Shown one piece after another: positions 51,505 to 62,849 of a DNA stretch of 64,000 nt. This DNA comes from Chara braunii (taxonomy: Eukaryota; Plantae; Charophyceae). The stretch is from positions 6,235,115 to 6,299,114 of the forward strand of contig BFEA01000007.1 in the NCBI GenBank assembly GCA_003427395.1. The letters run 5' to 3'. Under the pieces are notes generated by a model. That model had not been told where the DNA came from. It ran no database searches and saw nothing but the letters and a program-made list of their open reading frames with translations. Numbering within the stretch: position 1 is the first letter of the stretch; each line of letters begins with the position of its first letter. The translations under genes and the position numbers were made by a program.

Positions 51505-53100
51505 CTAATAGCCCGAGGTGTTTCCCTGCAAAGTGCTCGCAGAAGCACCATCAGGGTTCGAAGATAAACCCATTACCATTGGAGAGGTTACCATCGTGGT
51601 GACTTTCTTGCCTTGGCAAGTCCTGAACGTGTGGCCATAGTTGCCACAGTTCAGACAAGTACCCCTAGCAACTCGGTCCCTCCACACCTCATAGTCTAAA
51701 CCAAGTTTGACCCATGTGGGCGCTCCTTGGTCGCCCTGACCCTTGGACCGGTCTGCCTTCTGCTTCCTAGTCCCCCTAACTTTCTCTTTGATATGCACCA
51801 CAACTCCATCATCTGAAGTCTCGCTGGCCCCATCCCGCTCTGTCTCTTCCCCAAAGTCAAGGAAGTCATCAATCTCAGTTGCCTGACCATCATGGTCGAC
51901 AAGCATGAAATTGTCTTTCTCCCTCCAATCTTGGTGAAGTTTCTTCTTCGTACCATCTCCCTGGCCCTGATGAGCGGACCCAAGCTTAGCATCAATGTCT
52001 AAGGCTTTCTTGCTGAAAGAGGCGAAGCTATGTACGTCGATGTTGGTCTCATCCACTAGTTTTTTTTTTGACATCTGTTGGTGGACATCTCAAATAATCG
52101 GTGAGGAGTACCTGCAGGTCATAGCGCACACCAGATACTACAATCAGACGTTCTACGACGTCTGTGACTTCACCCACAGTTCTGTACCGTTTGGAACAGA
52201 GATTGTTTATTGCGTCAGTGACCTCTTGAGCCCGTTTTGGGTCATGCCACCTATTGTACACTGTCCGTACAAAATCCTCTAATGTCTGGGCTTGGGCCCA
52301 GACATCAAAGTTTTGACCATAACCCTGCTGCTGCACTAAGTCGTTCAACCATCGAGCTACAAATCCTTCTAAAAGGAAGCAACGACTATAACTTCCTGCT
52401 CTGGGCTTGTGAGCTTGTGCCTCATATAAGTGGGCACAATCCTCACTCAGGTGTCCAGGTCCTCTTCCTTTTTCTTGTCGCCAGAAAAAGGTTTAGGACT
52501 CAACAAAGGAATCTTGGACATCCACTGCACAGGCTGGGTTCGCCCAGGAGACTGTTGCAGTGGCTGCATAGCCACTAAGAAAGGTTGCTGCGCGTTAACT
52601 CGAGCTTGTCCTAACGATGGGACTGTAGCTGCCACCGTCGTTGATGGTACATAATAAGTTCTAGGGACCGGACCACCAACTGCTACTAAACCACCTGGAG
52701 GAGGCATGTCAAAAATAGGAGAAAAGGAGGGCCCGACCGGTGACGGCGTCACTGAGGGACCCGCAACCGAAGGCGGAGCTACAACGTACTGAGGCTGCCT
52801 CATCATTGGACGAGGAGACTGCAGTGCAACAAGAATCCTGTTCTGGCCAGCCACTAGTTCAACTGGCACTTCCTGTTGCACAACCTGCGTTTCTGCCACG
52901 CAAAGGAGCGAACTACATAGTGCTTGCAACGCAGGATCTAGTGCCGACTCGTCTAGATCCTCTAGTCTACTTAACTCCTGCCTCTTGCTCCCTAGACTAA
53001 CTTTTCTTTGTTCCCTCTCTCAATTGCCGCTACAACTCGTCATGAAGTTTTTTTGCTTAGAGGATCTCATAATCCTTTGGTGTGAGTTGAGTTTGTTGGC
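51505..53100 (-). pseudogene. gag: chromovirus gag (decayed)
   Basis: Zinc knuckle CLNCGNYGHTFRTC in ORF 51505..52074. PKPFSGDKKKEEDLDT gag N-domain motif in ORF 52447..52929. Confidence 0.85.
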
Positions 53101-54728
53101 TGACTTGTGAACCAGCAGATTGACTAACAATACCCTATGAGATACCCTGACTGACACGTGATGAAGAGGCCTGAGACAAGGCCTGCGACACCATGGAAGA
53201 GGTAGCCATTGCGGCCTCTAAGCTGGTTGTTGTTGACCTAACCCTCCTTAATGTCGTCCTCTCCTTGGCTTCCCTCCGCAACCTCCTTTCCTCTCCTGGA
53301 CCTAACTCCGAGAAGGTGATCGGTCGACCGACAGAAGTTTCACGGGTAACTCATAGCGGTACCACTACTTGTTCCTCCTCCTCACTATTGCTTGCATCAC
53401 TCATGAGCTACAGTGGTGTGCGGTCTAAACTAGAATCCACACTGAATCCTTCCTCAGCATGACACCCAACCGAGTATGATATTCTACTAGTTTCGGTCAG
53501 CTTGGAGAGAAGTAGTCAAGCGGTAAACAACAACTAGTGTCAGATCCTACAAGTAATACTATTTCTATTTGAAGATTACTCTAACACAGAATGCCATGTA
53601 GCTTCACCTGTCTCCCACCAACTTGCAGCCCAGGAAGAATGTCGACTCTCAAGGTTAAGCGCTCGCGACACCTCACAATGAGAGGACTCTCAAGAAGGAA
53701 CTCACTTCCTCACAGTAAGAAGTCATGAAGAGGGTAGATAAGGGAGAGAGCAACATACCTCATAATGCTGCCCCCAAACGCAAATTTCTCACCGACAACC
53801 TGATGTGCATTTATGATGACCGGTCTCTGCGTCTACACAACAAACGACGAAATGCAGTTCCACCTCGGCTTAAATGCCACATCAACGAGCTCTCATCATC
53901 CAACATTCTAGACTGGTAGACCCACGGGAGAGTTGTTCCACGACACCTGCAACTTGCAAATAAGTAGTGAGTACCAATAAAATCATGATGCAGTCCAACA
54001 TTATGCAAGATATGAAAAAAAATGGACAGGGTCGCAAAAAATGTCATTCTATAACTGTCAATTCCGTCTCATTGAGTTTATCTGTTCACATATAGATCTG
54101 ACTGTAGTACACTTCCGGTACTTGCACCGGACTCGAATTTTAATTTATTTTTGTAGGGAAATTTGGTTTGCTGCCACCGATGCTGTTAGCACGGCCTGAA
54201 TCTTCTCCCGCTGTGCTGCTGCAGACTGGAGTACAAAGGGTGCCTGTCACTGAAATGGGAGAGCACCTCTCTCTAAAATGGGACATTCCACACTCGTGAC
54301 TATGATGATGCGACAAGACTTCAAGGTCGATCGGCCTTTGTTGACTGATGTGGCATCCCCTTTCCGACCCGCTTCTTCTGTCCATTTGGCTCTGTTGCCT
54401 CAGCCCATTGTTATGCTGCCACCATGTTGTTGCTAAAAATTCGAACCACTGGCGACTCTGCCGAAATGGTAGGAGCAAAAAGTGCCACAACAATGACACC
54501 TGCTGGCTGAAGACATGGAGACACAGTGCACAGTCTTGGTTTTGTTAAGAACTAGCCAACGCAGTCCCGACATTGCAAGCAAGCTACTCTTTGCATTCTT
54601 CGGAAACACCAATTGCAGTCTGGCCTGTCAACAACACAACTGTTGCTATAATCATCATCACAGAAACTCCATTTACGAAATTTTATGCATATCATTTGTA
54701 ACAGATGTCACGAAGGCTCCAAAAATAC

Positions 54729-55178
54729 TCACTTTGTCGACATGGTAGAAAACAAACCCACAGGTAGTGCTTCACATGATATGATGCACCTGTGTCTGCA
54801 TCTCCTGTCGGGTCTCTTGACTTCTGAAACACGGACACATAGCCTCTCACCCCTTCGAAAAAAAGACTCATCTTTGACTTGCAAACCTGCTGTGATGGTC
54901 ACGGACGGACCAATAAAGCAACCGCCGATCGAGGTTCCTTCGCCTATCTCGGCGTTTCTGTTGACAACAAAGTCGACAACAGTGCACCCATCTATTAAAA
55001 TCGCACATTTGTCTGCAACCGAATTTATAATCTGCAAGGCTTTCTCTGCTCTCACTGTGGTTGTTATTGTGGGCGGCTCTCTTAACCCGCCCGCAAGACT
55101 CCTCCAAATCGCGCATCTTCTCCCGTGTTCCCGCTCCACACAGCTCATTCGCTCCCGCGCAATTGCTCTTCCCCGCAT
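54729..55178 (-). CDS. Intronless ORF with a left-handed beta-helix (hexapeptide) domain resembling the eIF2B-gamma C-terminus (divergent or fragmentary)
   Basis: GRRCAIWRSLAG...LQIINSV...ILIDGCTVVDFVVNRNAEIGEGTSIGGCFIGPSVTITAGLQVKDESFFRR aligns by eye with recalled plant eIF2B-gamma GDKCSVKRSVIG...VKIVNSV...IGDGCSIQGSVICSNA...DCQV...AG...KGETFARK. Confidence 0.6.
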   Translation of the reverse strand: MRGRAIARERMSCVEREHGRRCAIWRSLAGGLREPPTITTTVRAEKALQIINSVADKCAILIDGCTVVDFVVNRNAEIGEGTSIGGCFIGPSVTITAGLQVKDESFFRRGERLCVRVSEVKRPDRRCRHRCIISCEALPVGLFSTMSTK

Positions 55179-55316
55179 CTCGTCTAGCGTTTGGTCAATC
55201 CCCCTCTTTTCGACGTTTGTCTGCCAGCATCCGTCAGATCAGTGGCAAGCTAAGTGGGATTCCTGTAGTCCACGCCAAATTCTGAGTTTCTCCCCCTCTC
55301 AATCGCGTGTGCACGT

Positions 55317-56005
55317 GCGCACGCTAATTATATGACTCGTCGTTCCCCGACCGATTCTTCCAAACCCGTTCCCTTGTGGTTTCGCAAGATGGTAGATAAA
55401 GACAACGAGAATCTTGCCATCCATTCATGCACATCATAAACAAAATGACGGGGCATTAGCCCGTTCCCTTGACTGTGATTTTGCAAGATAGTCGATAGGT
55501 ACAGTGGAAGTCTTGTTAATCCATTCAAGCGCGTCACTAATTAGATGATGAATTGTTGCCCCCACCTATTCTTCCAAGCGCGTTTCGTTGGCTGTAATTT
55601 TTCAAGATGGTTGGTATCTCGTCAATCCATTTGTGCGCATCACTAATTAGATGACGAGTCCTTGGCCTCGTCGTTTTCCACCTAGCTCATTCCCATTGCT
55701 GTGATTCAGTGGGATGGTAGATGGGGATAGCGAGAATCTCGTTAATCCATCCATGCGCACCACTAATTTGATGTCCCGCCGATTCGTCCGAGCATGTTCC
55801 CTTGGATGTGGTTTTGAAGGGTAGTAGATAAAGACCGTGGAAGTTCTGTTAATCCATTCAAGTGCATCACTGGTTAGATGACGGGCATCGCTTCCGCCGT
55901 TTCCCAAACTTGATTTTCCTCGCGGCGTCAACATTCGTTGGGACCATCCCAAAGCTTTGCTTTAAGTAAATATTCGGATTCGCCAAGTCTGCTCTAGTTC
56001 TCACT
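55317..56005 (-). pseudogene. Degenerate 28S (LSU) rDNA fragment, domain IV-V, with ~5 tandem copies of a ~110-nt segment
   Basis: The + strand repeatedly matches the LSU reverse complement CCCGTTCCCTTGGCTGTGGTTTCG...GGGAATCTCGTTAATCCATTCATGCGCGTCACTAATTAGATGACGAGGCAT. 55925-56005 matches GCGTCAACA...GGGACCATCGCAATGCTTTGTTTTAATTAAACAGTCGGATTC...AGTTCT. Confidence 0.88.
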
Positions 56006-57999
56006 CTCTGTCTCTCTCTCGCGCGTGTTACAGCACCGGCAGAACGCATCTGGTCGCAACCCCGTCCCGAAACATGGAGAATTGTTGTGCATATGCCTTC
56101 GGAGGGGCATTATGCATGAACATAACCAGAATTTTGACTAAGTTAGCGCATCTAAAAAGTGACCGCGCGCACGTGCGCCGGTGTGCATTCGCGAGGGGTT
56201 CATCTTTGATTACGTGCAGCTGCACCGATCCGCGCGAGGGAACTTCAATGCACTTTCCCACATTAGTGCACTCTCTCTGCCCTTGCACTCACTTGTCTAC
56301 AATTGCCATCTGTTCTCTCTTTCGCTCGCACGCACGAGCAAGACCTCTCTCAGCGTAGCAGCCCATTCCCGCTAAGGCTCCGCCGCTCCGCACAACTTCT
56401 TCTCCCCCGCAAGCAACTCCTTCCCCACGTGGAAGCTCTTTCCTTCACATGCCGGGCGATCTCGCCTTCTCGTTGACGATCGCTATCTCCTTCACACTCG
56501 CTAGCTCTCCTCCTTTCCCTCACGTCGAGCTCTCTTGTTCTCGCTGGCCATCCCTCTCTCTTCGGGACGTTCCTTCTCGCTCCCTCTTTCCCATAGTCGC
56601 GCGCGGGCCGGCGCGGCACCTCTCTTCGTTCGTGCGCAGTCCCGAAGATTCCGTGCGGACTTTCCCCTCCACTTGTTCTCAAATCAGCTCTTTCACTCTC
56701 GGCATCTTTCTCCTCTCGCTCTCTTTTGCTTGAGCCAATTCGCCCTTGCGTGCTAATCCAATCATCCGCGAGCAGCACTGGTAATAGTTGTGCTCCCCTC
56801 GATGTTTCTGACTTCGTCGCGTTCTCTTCGTTGCTTGTTGGCTGAGACATTTAGCACTTGGATCTTGATGGACTTTCTCTGTTTGCTCGATGTACTTAGT
56901 CTACTTGCTTAATGTACTTAGTCTGCCTGGTTAAGGATAGTTGCCTCAAAAACCCACTTAGCAGTTCGCACTTAGCACCTCGAGACTGTTGAACGTTATC
57001 TCTTTGCTCAATGCACTAAAGCATAATTGGCTCATTGCGCTTAGTCCCAAATACCGTCTTCCCTCGAATAGAACGCAGGGTCACACTATAGTTATATCCC
57101 GACTGATAGTTGTTCCACGTACAGGCACCACAATCGTACAATAGTTGTCTCAAAAGGGCCTAAAAAACCCACTTGTCGCGCTCCCACACTCCTTGCTGCA
57201 GCTTCGAATCACGGCATGCAGCTGCTCTGGCTCCACGCAGAGTGCTTCGGCCTGTGTGTAGCTTTTCTACCTTTGTGCGACTCGAAGATCCCATGCTCAA
57301 TCCGCACGCAGTGTGGAGTCTACGTGAGCGGCTTGGTTCTCCGCAGTAGGATGCCAGCCAATCTGCGCCCACGCAGTTTGATCAACCCATCTTCCTTCTC
57401 CGCCCGTGGTACGTAAACTGATCATCTAATAAGTCGTGCCCAGGCGGATCTCGCTATGGCACCTGAATTTCGCCTCTTGATTGACTTAATCCACTCACCC
57501 ATCAACTAGTTCGTTCGCTGATTGATTCCTCCCTTTGTAATTGAGTTCTATTGCTGGAATGCAACCCCTGTGCCTCGACCGGATCCCCCGACCATGCCCT
57601 ATCGGTGCACTATTGCACCTGCTCGCTGGTGGGTATGCCGCAACAGGTACGTTCCAAACGCTCGAGATTGGGACTCGTCCGCCAAGGGACCAACGCACTT
57701 CCTCGTGCCGACACGAGTCCCCCTTAAGCCTGTACTGGTGTGCCAGCCCAGTACGCCTTTCTTGTGCACACTCCCGAAATCCCCCCAATTCATGCCCAGT
57801 TGGGCTTATATAGTTTGTTGGGGCCGGTTCATATGCCTCAACCGTGGCCTCAACATCCCAAGTGTCGAGCGTTGTCGAGAAACTTGCAGCGCCCCGATAC
57901 CGAGCCTCCTGCCAAACCTTCGTCTGGGCCTATTTGGTGCCCCGAAAAGTGTACCATCAGGAAAATGAGTGGCCTGGTACCGGACCTTAGTCTCCACCC

Positions 58000-60900
58000 T
58001 TGATTTCGGTGTCCCGACCTAACTCCCTTCAATCGGTCCACCGTGGTAAATTAGGGCAACTGCCATTAATATTTCGGGGCCCCATCTCATCCCTCAGACT
58101 CTCGATCCTATCGAAAACGGACGAACTCAACGACGTGGTGGCCGAAGACTCACCATACTTCGACAGGAGGCCCGACGTAACTCTTGAGATACCTTCATCC
58201 CGTAATTATAATTCAACAACGGTTGCGAGTTCAAGTCACCCTATCAGTGTACCACGATTCAACATTAGAATTGCCTGCCTTTATTGAAATAATAATTTCT
58301 TCGGTTACCGTCGAGTCTCGGAAAAATTACCCTCATTGGCCCGTATTTTCCCATAATCTCGCCTGAGCTTGTTTTTTTCTGTATTGTCCATCCCCTATCA
58401 GTCAACTGTCTCCCGTCTGCTCGGTCCGCAAGGTGAAAACAGTCGGGACAGGTCACCACGTAAAATCCGACCGTCAACTGTAAGACTTCGAGTTTATCTC
58501 ACCACTTGTGGAAGTAGAATCTTCTTTCGCTCTTCCGCTTAGTCGACTGAATCAATTTGATAAATGCTAAAGTACCCCCTTCTTTCAATATTAGGATTTT
58601 GAACTTCCGAGGTTTGCCTTCCCCGTTCACGAGCGTTCTTATACTCCTCCCCTTCCTTTTCCAGCCAATCAACGAGGCTACCCAAGGAGTAACCTATATC
58701 TACTAAAGAGCATCGTTTACTCCTCGTACTATCATAGAGGTCAAAGATAGTGCGATAATTAGTTAGGAAAAATAACAAGCCAAAACTAAAATTGCATTTG
58801 CAACACCAACAGTGGTAAGTACGAGCATATGTAGACACCAAGTTGAACAGCAAGAGGAAAATAAGAAATAAGTCTATCCTCCCGTCTCGTGCCTCGATCA
58901 CAAATTGTTATGCCGCGATCCAATTCGTAGTCCTGACCGAACTCTTGCTCCTGGATTTTCTCACGTTAATATCGAATCCTTTCTCTTGAAACCTCTTCTC
59001 AAGTTCTGATATCTTCTTAAATCTCCTCGACGTGCTTTAAGGATCCTCAGCATCCTCGATAAACTTCATTTGCACTACGACCTTTTCATCACCCTCTTGG
59101 TGAAATGCGAGTCGACTCTCACCTTTTTGACCTTTCAAACGGGTTTCAACTAATTCTCTTACACTGCATTTACTTATCAATGCACATCCATTCTTTCTGA
59201 AGTCCTCAATATCATTCGTAGCTATCAGATTTGGGTTCACTGTTACCTTGAGACAATTCTCAACATCTTTTTCAAGTATATCCATGATCTCAAACAGTTG
59301 AGCAAACTCATAGCCGACGCCCGGCTCGACAACCTCAAACAGTTGGGTAAGCTTATAGTCGACGTCCTACTGGACGGTCTTAAACAGATGTGCAAGCTCG
59401 TAGTCGACGTCCGACTCGACGGTCTCAAACAGATGGGCAAGCTTGTAATCGATGTCCGACTCGACGGTCTCAAATAGTTGAGCAAGCTCACAGCTAACGT
59501 CCGACTCGACGGTCTCAAACAGTTGCGCAAGGTCATAGTCGATGCCCGAATCATATAAGACTTTCGATGTTTGTGAAATTTCGGTGTTTACAACAACGTG
59601 GAAAAAACATTTCCCATATTGACCTTCTAGCCACTTATCTTGGGTATCTTTAGTACCTTTCAAGTCTTCGCATTTTTCATCTATTGTTATCATCTTCATT
59701 GTCATGGTTGTCTCTTCAATAACCCTCAGTTCTTCGCCCTTCGGCAAGACATCAATGTCGAAGATAATATCATCGGTCCTATCTTTACTCGATTATCCAC
59801 CCGCTTCCTGAGTACACACTAAAGTATCATATGAATCTTCCTCACTACTCTCAAACCAAATGCTTGAAAACTCAATCGTCAGACTATCATCTGCATTCAA
59901 ACCCTTCTCAAACCGGATCCTCGACACCCAAATTTCTCCCTGCTTTGCCCCTTGTGTTGTTTTTGTTGTAATGTCAATATTCATCTTCGTAGAAGGCCGA
60001 CACTGTATATCGTTCTCATCATTTGTCCATTCTGTTTTTCTCCTCTCATTGAGCTCGATGGTTTTTTCAAGATTTTTTTCTCGTATGTCTTGAGACTCTT
60101 GTTGTGAAGGAACCTTCAACGATTTCGCGCTTCTTCGAGGTGAAACATTCTTCATTCTCTTCATCCTTTCTAGCTCAACCCTTAGGGTCTTAATCTCTTC
60201 GAGAGACTCTCATTCTTTCCTATCCGATATCCTTCATTTTTCCTCTTTTTCTCTACATCTCCAATGCCTATCTCGAGAGTTTCCTCCCTTACCGTCATCC
60301 TTCGTCCAGTCGTCGTGATTTCCTCTTTTCCATCCTCCACTATTTTTTCTTGCTTTATTTTCTTAGGCGACCGAAACTCTCTTTCATCATCACCGACTTG
60401 TTTTTCGAAACAACTTCTAGGTACTCCTTCCCCTTGTTTCTCCAATACCTCAAGTACATAAGATATGGTATTTCGTTTTTAGTTTACAAAGCCAACGCCT
60501 TCGTCTGAGCGAACGACAGTCTTGTAGTAAGCATGCTTTTCATAACAAACTCTTTTTTTCTCGATAGGTAGAGTCCCTACGAATATAGCACATCATTCTA
60601 ACTCATCGAGAAACCCATTTCATATCAATGGTGAGGACGCCTTCTCAAAACGTCTTGCAAATGCAATTAACGTCTCTCATTCCTTTTTTTTCATCTCCTT
60701 TAAGTCCTCGACCGAACGCACAATATCGTCGCAAGCAAAATTCCAAGACAACCGTTCTCTGAAAGTTCTCCACCTTCCATCTTCGGGTATAGCAGCACAC
60801 ACATCTTTGTTTAGTTTGGGATCCGTTGTAGGGTCTAACCCCGTTAGCCTTTCGAACCTGTGTCGATCCCACTGCGGGTCCCATTTGGCTCGACCCACAC

Positions 60901-61210
60901 ACGCTCATGCTCAGGGTGTGGGCCATTCGTCACAGGGTCAACCCCACCTAGTGCTTTGAGATGGATGGACGTGGACCATCGAGTAAGAGAGCTTTGACAT
61001 TGGGGATGTAGCTCAGCCGTCACGCAGGGTGGTAGTCTCGCAGATCCTTCACATGCACAGTTTACTGGATTCTCTGTTGTGTTTGCAGGCAATTGCTCCT
61101 TCGAATGCTAAAGCAGTCCAGGAGGTCTTTTGAGATTTCTCTTCTTTTATGCGTAGGCTAAGCGCCATCCTTATGCCACACATCCTTTCCCTGACACCAT
61201 GATCCTATGA
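58000..61210 (-). mobile_element. Decayed gag-like retroelement region with E/K-rich coding remnants and no recognisable pol
   Basis: gag-like remnant ...AIPEDGRWRTFRERLSWNFACDD (60677..60898), a degenerate knuckle near 60550-60595, and E/K-rich ORFs 59037-60445. Boundaries are uncertain. Confidence 0.5.
59289..59555 (-). repeat. 6 x 45-bp in-frame repeat encoding (YELAQLFETVESDVD)n
   Basis: ctcaaacagttg...gtccgactcgacggt unit repeated six times. The peptide repeat is visible in ORF 59367..59747. Confidence 0.9.
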
Positions 61211-62055
61211 CTTCATCGAGGCTGAATTACTCAGCCCCCCCCATTAGTCGGTCTATGAGTTTTAGCATTTTATGCGTCAAGTTCATAACTTCCACCAATA
61301 GCCCTTAGTCTTTTCGGGTTTCCCATCCGCATTCAAAGGGCAACATCACACTTCAACCATTCAAGACGCCACTCCCTTCTCATTTCCATCCTCATCCAAG
61401 ATTTCATATAGGAGGGTCTCATCCATAGACAGGGTTTGGGTCAGTCATCCTTTTAGCCTTTGACTATCCTTTTCTCTTTCCCTTGCCGGCATATCCCGGG
61501 CCCAAGCCAGCTCAAGGCGTCCCAAGGCTACTTACCTGTAAAATCGAACACAATTCAAAGATCAATACAATCCCCTATTTGGGGTCAACATATAACCCTT
61601 CCCACATGCCTGACTTTCCTTTTTTCTCCTTGGGTTCCTTCCATTTCCTTTCCTTTGCTCAGTCAATCCATCCTCTTCTCTTAGTCACACAGTCATGGTT
61701 TTGCTTGAGTCAATTCACCTCGCTTCCAATAACCACTTCTCTTTTTAGTCCTCTTGGGACTAACCTACTCCCAATCTCACAAGTGTTTGTGTTCGCAACA
61801 CTTCTCACATCCTCAAGAGCTTCGTCTTTGCTTCTTGGTGGCACAAGGGACCGACAGTCCTTCCCTTGCCCTCTTTCTCCACCAAGCGAGGTCAATTTCC
61901 TTTCATCGTTTTTTCCTTGACAACGTAACAAGTGAGTGAGGGAAGGGTTAGTCACATGCCTAGAAGGAAGGAAGAAGGAAGGTGATGGCTAGACTTAGAG
62001 CATGGGAGAGGCAGGTAAAACGACTTTTGCGAATAGGGAAAGATAAGAGGGGATG

Positions 62056-62057
<2 letters not shown>

Positions 62058-62111
<54 letters not shown>
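62058..62111. repeat. (GA)n microsatellite
   Basis: Direct reading. Confidence 0.95.
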
Positions 62112-62114
<3 letters not shown>

Positions 62115-62223
62115 TTAATCCTAATCAAGTCTTACCCCTACTTGACCTACCGCCCTACTTGAAGCCTTCCCTTCTATCCGTCACCATACCCAATCCCTTG
62201 AACAAGGCGTGGTCCGACCAATA

Positions 62224-62778
62224 AGATGGAGGAAGATGAAGGCGAGGTGGTTGGCTGTGATGGATGAATGAAGAAAGTGGCGATGGGAGGCGAAGTGAGG
62301 TGGTTGGCTATGGTGGGATGAATGAAGAAGATGGAGGTGAGAGGTGAAGCGAGGTGGCTGACTATGGTGGATGGATGATGGAGATGGAGGAGGAAGATGA
62401 AGTGAGGTGGATGGCTATGATGGAAGGATGAAGAACAAGGGGGTGGGAGATGAAGTGAGGTGGCTGGCTATGGTGGATGGATGATGGGGATGGAGGAGGA
62501 AGATGAAGTGAGGTGGATGACTATGGAGGATGAAGAAGATGGTGGTGGAAGATGGAGTGAGGTAGAGGCTATGGTGGATAGATGAAGAAGATGGAGGTGG
62601 GAGGTGATGTGAGGTGACTCGCTATGGTGGATGTATGACGGAGATGGGGGAGGAGGATGAAGTGAGGTGGATGACTATGGTGGATGGACGAAGAAGAAGG
62701 GGGTGGGAAGTGATGTGAGGTGGCTGGCTATGTTGGATGGATGATGGAGATGGAGGAGGAGAATGACGTGAAGGTGGT
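62224..62778. repeat. ~55-bp purine-rich minisatellite (gaggtggttggctatggtggatg), inverted relative of 27260-28642
   Basis: Core gtggttggctatggtgg is the reverse complement of ccaccatagccaaccac. Confidence 0.9.
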
Positions 62779-62849
62779 CCGGTACCCCTCCTATTTCCCC
62801 AAGTGCGGGCCCCGCCTTTCCGAGAGTTGCCCCGTACTCCGGATCGTCA

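Larger units (their letters stand above)
48040..53700 (-). mobile_element. Decayed chromovirus-type Ty3/gypsy retrotransposon, internal region
   Basis: gag with CCHC, protease region, RT, RNase H, integrase with GPY/F, and chromodomain start, all on the - strand. LTR and PBS not found. Confidence 0.92.

Noticed and set aside
53770-54700. Possible further exons downstream of the LbH ORF (ttgcag acceptor near 53950)
   Set aside because: No recognisable protein similarity or consistent frame, so it cannot be supported without transcripts.
55317-56005. Functional 28S rRNA gene
   Set aside because: Short, heavily substituted, internally repeated and missing the helix 69 region, so it cannot be an rDNA unit.
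61188-61202. Possible tRNA-Met PBS (tggtgtcaggg on the - strand)
   Set aside because: Only a partial match to TGGTATCAGAGC, and no paired LTR was identified.
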